Assembly: GCF_001194135.2 (NCBI RefSeq)
Contig: NC_068990.1
Coordinates: forward strand, 39,765,326 to 39,805,688
Source: Octopus bimaculoides
Lineage: Eukaryota
Length of the DNA: 40,363 nucleotides
Reading direction: 5' to 3'
Positions 36,528 through 40,363 of this stretch are shown in pieces. The number at the start of each line of letters is the position of its first letter. Position 1 is the stretch's first letter. Under the pieces are notes generated by a model that was not told the DNA's origin, searched no databases, and saw nothing but the letters and a program-made list of their open reading frames with translations. Position numbers and translations under genes: made by a program.

Positions 36528-36802
36528 TATACAGATCTTAGTTTTCAACAGATACTTATATTATTGACCTAGGAGAGATGAAAGGCAAATGTCAACCTTG
36601 GTGGAATTTGAACTCATAATGTAAAGCCAGACAAAATTCCACTAAAGCATTTCCCCAGCATGCTAATGATTCTGCCAAATTGCTGCCTTGTTAGTTTTTG
36701 TAATAATAGCAATTATATATCATAACGGATATAATGCTGCAGTGTTGTTACCATTTATATGCATAAACATACATAAATATAAATATCAATAAACATATAT
36801 AA

Positions 36803-37190
36803 GTGCAGGAATGACTGTGTGGTGAGAAGCTTGCTTCCCAACCATGTGGTTCTGGGTTCAGTCCCACTGTTTAGCACCTTGGGCAAGTGTCTTCTACTAT
36901 AGCCTTGGACTGACCAAAGCTTTGTGAGTGGATTTGAAAGAAGCCCATCTTATGTGTGTGTGTGTGTGTGTCTGTGTTTATCCCCCCCCCCCTCCTCACC
37001 ACTTGAGAACTGGTGTTGGTGTGTTTATGTCTCTGTAACTTTGCAGTTCAGCAAAAGAGATCGATAGAATAAGTACAAAGCTTAAAAAAAAAGTACTGGG
37101 GTCGATTCATTCAGCAAAAGATTCATAGTGTTGCCCCAGCATGGTCGCAGTCTAATGCCTGAAACAGGTGAAAGATAAAAGATAAAAGAT
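36803..37190 (+). mobile_element. SINE family A, full length, with internal (TG)n and (AAAGAT)n tail
   Basis: Head GCAGGAATGACTGTGTGGTGAGAAGCTTGCTTCCC through to GAAACAGGTGAAAGATAAAAGATAAAAGAT. Confidence 0.88.
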
Positions 37191-37203
37191 ATATGTAAGT
37201 ATG

Positions 37204-37255
<52 letters not shown>

Positions 37256-38219
37256 AACATTTATAAACTTACATATATAAACATGCTTATAAATATACAT
37301 AAATATAAACATAAATAAGCACATGCATAAATATATACATAAGCATATATATGTATATAAACATTTATAAACTTACACATATAAATACACTTATAAATAT
37401 ACATACAAGCAAGCTTGTGCATACAAATAATTTATACAGAAACTTGCATAAACATGCACATAGATATACAAGCATACACGAACATACATAAACACATATT
37501 TAAACCTACATAAACATATACAAAAATACACAGAAACATACGAATAAACATACGCAAGCATGAATTTAAACATAAGCACACATGAACGCATGTAGGTATA
37601 CATAAGCATTGATAAAAACATGTAAGCTTACGCAAGTACATATCATCGTAATTATAGAAAAATACACATGCAACAAAACATACATACTCATATACTTAAA
37701 CACACGTATGCAAGTAAGTCATATAAAACTACACACGCGTATATTTGTATATGGATACAAAAGCCCTGCACACACATGTGCGAAAACAGCCATATACATA
37801 GTAGCATATATACTTATATGTCTGTATAAATGTTAGTTTGCATGTCTGCAATATATAATGTACATCCGCATATATATATATAACCAGAGGATACAACATT
37901 GTAAATAAAACACCTCCTTGCTGTTTCCACACAAACTAAGACATTCCATACCAAACACAAAAGGACATTGATAGTTCCAGGTTTTTCCTGGCTACTTGGT
38001 GCTACAACCATTGTCACAGGACCAAAACACCTTGGAGGTCTTTTAGTAAGAAAGGAAGATTCCTGTAGTCAGAACTTGCTGTAAGAAATGACAAACATGA
38101 TTTAATCAGAAAGCAATTGCCACATATCCAGTTTTGCTGATCCTTATTTCTTTTAATGCTTATATATACATATTTATATGTATGTGTATATATATATTTA
38201 TATATATATAGATAGATAA

Positions 38220-38258
<39 letters not shown>

Positions 38259-38569
38259 TGTATGTATGCTTTTCTGGCTACTTACTATCGCAGCCATTGT
38301 CACAGAACCTAATAGCTTCAAGTATTTTCAGTAGGAAGAAAGGTTCCTGTGGACAACATTGCTCCAAGTAGAACCATATTCTTTGACACCAACCAACATT
38401 AGATAGATACTATCCCTAACTTTCTAACTTTTCTGTTTCATTGTGCTTTTTTGTTTCTTTGTTCTTTATTTTGCCTATCTTTTTCTATGTCTTCTTCCTC
38501 TATGTCTTCGTCTATTTTCTTTTTTTCTATTGACTACCTTCTTTTCTTTTGCTAATTGGTTCTTTAAAG

Positions 38570-38685
38570 ACAACATCACTGCTCAGAATAGAACAAGAGA
38601 ACAGCTCAAAGAACAGATTCCCATGGACAACTTTGCCATTGGTAGAAAAACAAATTCTAATCACATCACCATTACTTCTGTTTAG
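38570..38685 (+). CDS. Candidate terminal coding exon, unassigned
   Basis: No AG dinucleotide between 38407 and 38567, a long pyrimidine tract, and branch-point-like CTAAC/CTAAT motifs before AAG at 38567-69. Phase-1 frame xNITAQNRTREQLKEQIPMDNFAIGRKTNSNHITITSV*. The phase-0 frame is also open (TTSLLRIEQENSSKNRFPW...). Confidence 0.3.
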
Positions 38686-38944
38686 TTCTTCTGATTTTTC
38701 CTAATGTCTTCAGGAAATCATTCCATGGTTATTGTCATCATATTTTGACACCACACCCCCACTGTCTTTCTCATTTGTCCTTCATATGTCACCTGATATG
38801 TCACCCTTGTGGCAAATATAGAAACACTTATCATTGTTATTGCTGTTGTTTTGATATTGTTTCTGTCATCATCAACATCATAATCATCATTGTCATCATT
38901 GTCGCCTTCACCAACACCACCATCGTTGTTTTCATCATCATCAC

Positions 38945-38992
<48 letters not shown>

Positions 38993-39008
38993 CAATTATA
39001 TTAGTATT

Positions 39009-39040
<32 letters not shown>

Positions 39041-39459
39041 TATATAATGAATATTATTACTGCGAGTCAGTGTAATTACCATGTACCTACATTGCAAAGA
39101 CGAGTACAGCTCCCCATGCCTGAGGTGTGTATGTGTGTGCATGGATGTATGTATGCAAATATGCGTGCGTGTATGTTCTATTGTATTGATAGTACCCCAT
39201 GTAGTATGTCTACAGTCCTCAATAGTAATCTTTGTATATAATGCATACACACACACACACATACGCATATATACGTTGGAGACTTGGTTCATGTATTTAG
39301 CTATCATCATTTGGCCTCTTGTGAATCAAATAATAGAAAATAAATAAATAAATAAATAAAACATAATGATAATGGTGAGGATGTTTTCTTCAACAGTTTC
39401 CAGGGTGTTTCTGTGTTCTTAAGTTGTGTGAAGTAAGCATTGTCTTCTACTGGTGCTGT

Positions 39460-39504
<45 letters not shown>

Positions 39505-40285
39505 AACCACCACCGCCACCACAACCACCACCGCCACCACTACCACAAATAACATTCCTAGGTAGATGATGATGACAACTACGACAACAATTGCAGCAGC
39601 AACAACTATTATTATTATTAGTAACATTTATTAATTTCTGATGCTCTTTGCTTGTAATTTCGTGTGTGTGCGTTNNNNNNNNNNNNNNNNNNNNNNNNNN
39701 NNNNNNNNNNTGTGTGTGTGTGTGTCTGTGTTCGATCATACCCCCCCCCACCCGGCCCTGCACATGCACATACACAATATGTATAATATCTATGACCTAT
39801 AGTTGAGACATGGATGGTGCCATTTAGTCTGCGGGGTCAAAGCATGGGACTTTGTGGTGGGTTGGGGTTTTGGAGTTGGGAGTGTTTGAAGGGGTCAGAG
39901 ATATAGTAGTCCTGTTGTTAACATTGTGGCCCCTAGCATTCCATTGTGAAGTACAAAGAATTCAGATTGTGTATTCTTTACTTAACTTTAACTAATTCAA
40001 CCCTTGCCTCTGCCCCTGAAACTGTAGTGTCACATGTGTCAGTATGGGTAACTTAAGGTTTGGGTATTGGGGTTGGAGCAGGCTGGTTGGCAAGGGGACA
40101 TGATATGATATGGGGGATGCTTTTTTTAGGGTGATATGGGACAGTATCACAACAGCCTATAAGATGACTTTTGACATTTGTCTGTTTGTCTATCTGTATG
40201 TATGTATGTATATAAATATGTATGTGGATAGGTATGTGTGTATGATTTTCATACACACACACACACGCATATATATATATATATA

Positions 40286-40326
<41 letters not shown>

Positions 40327-40363
40327 ATATATATGTATATATATATATATATGTATATATATA

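Larger units (their letters stand above)
36190..36688 (-). mobile_element. SINE family B interrupted by a 267-bp insertion
   Basis: 36190-36260 and 36541-36688 join into a continuous family B sequence once the insert and one copy of TATACAGATCTTA are removed. Confidence 0.8.

Overview
AT-rich eukaryotic genomic DNA with 15 assembly gaps (about 6.4 kb of N). It is dominated by microsatellites and several recurring SINE-like families, which I label A-D for this window only. The repeat content resembles an octopus/coleoid cephalopod draft assembly (inference from remembered repeat families, not verified). I recognise no intact protein-coding gene, and almost all long ORFs in the supplied track are artefacts of microsatellites or N runs. 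Supportable features: three decayed Tc1/mariner transposases (one DD37D maT-type, two D34D mariner-type), a 127-bp Tc1/mariner MITE, many SINE copies including close inverted pairs, two minimal type-I hammerhead-ribozyme-like motifs of the Penelope type (one inside a 267-bp inverted-repeat insert with a 13-bp TSD, nested in a SINE), a cluster of RFX X-box palindromes, and a few unconfirmed exon candidates. I found no clear evidence of a wholly new biological system. The best leads are the hammerhead-bearing mini-elements, the X-box cluster and the possible exons.
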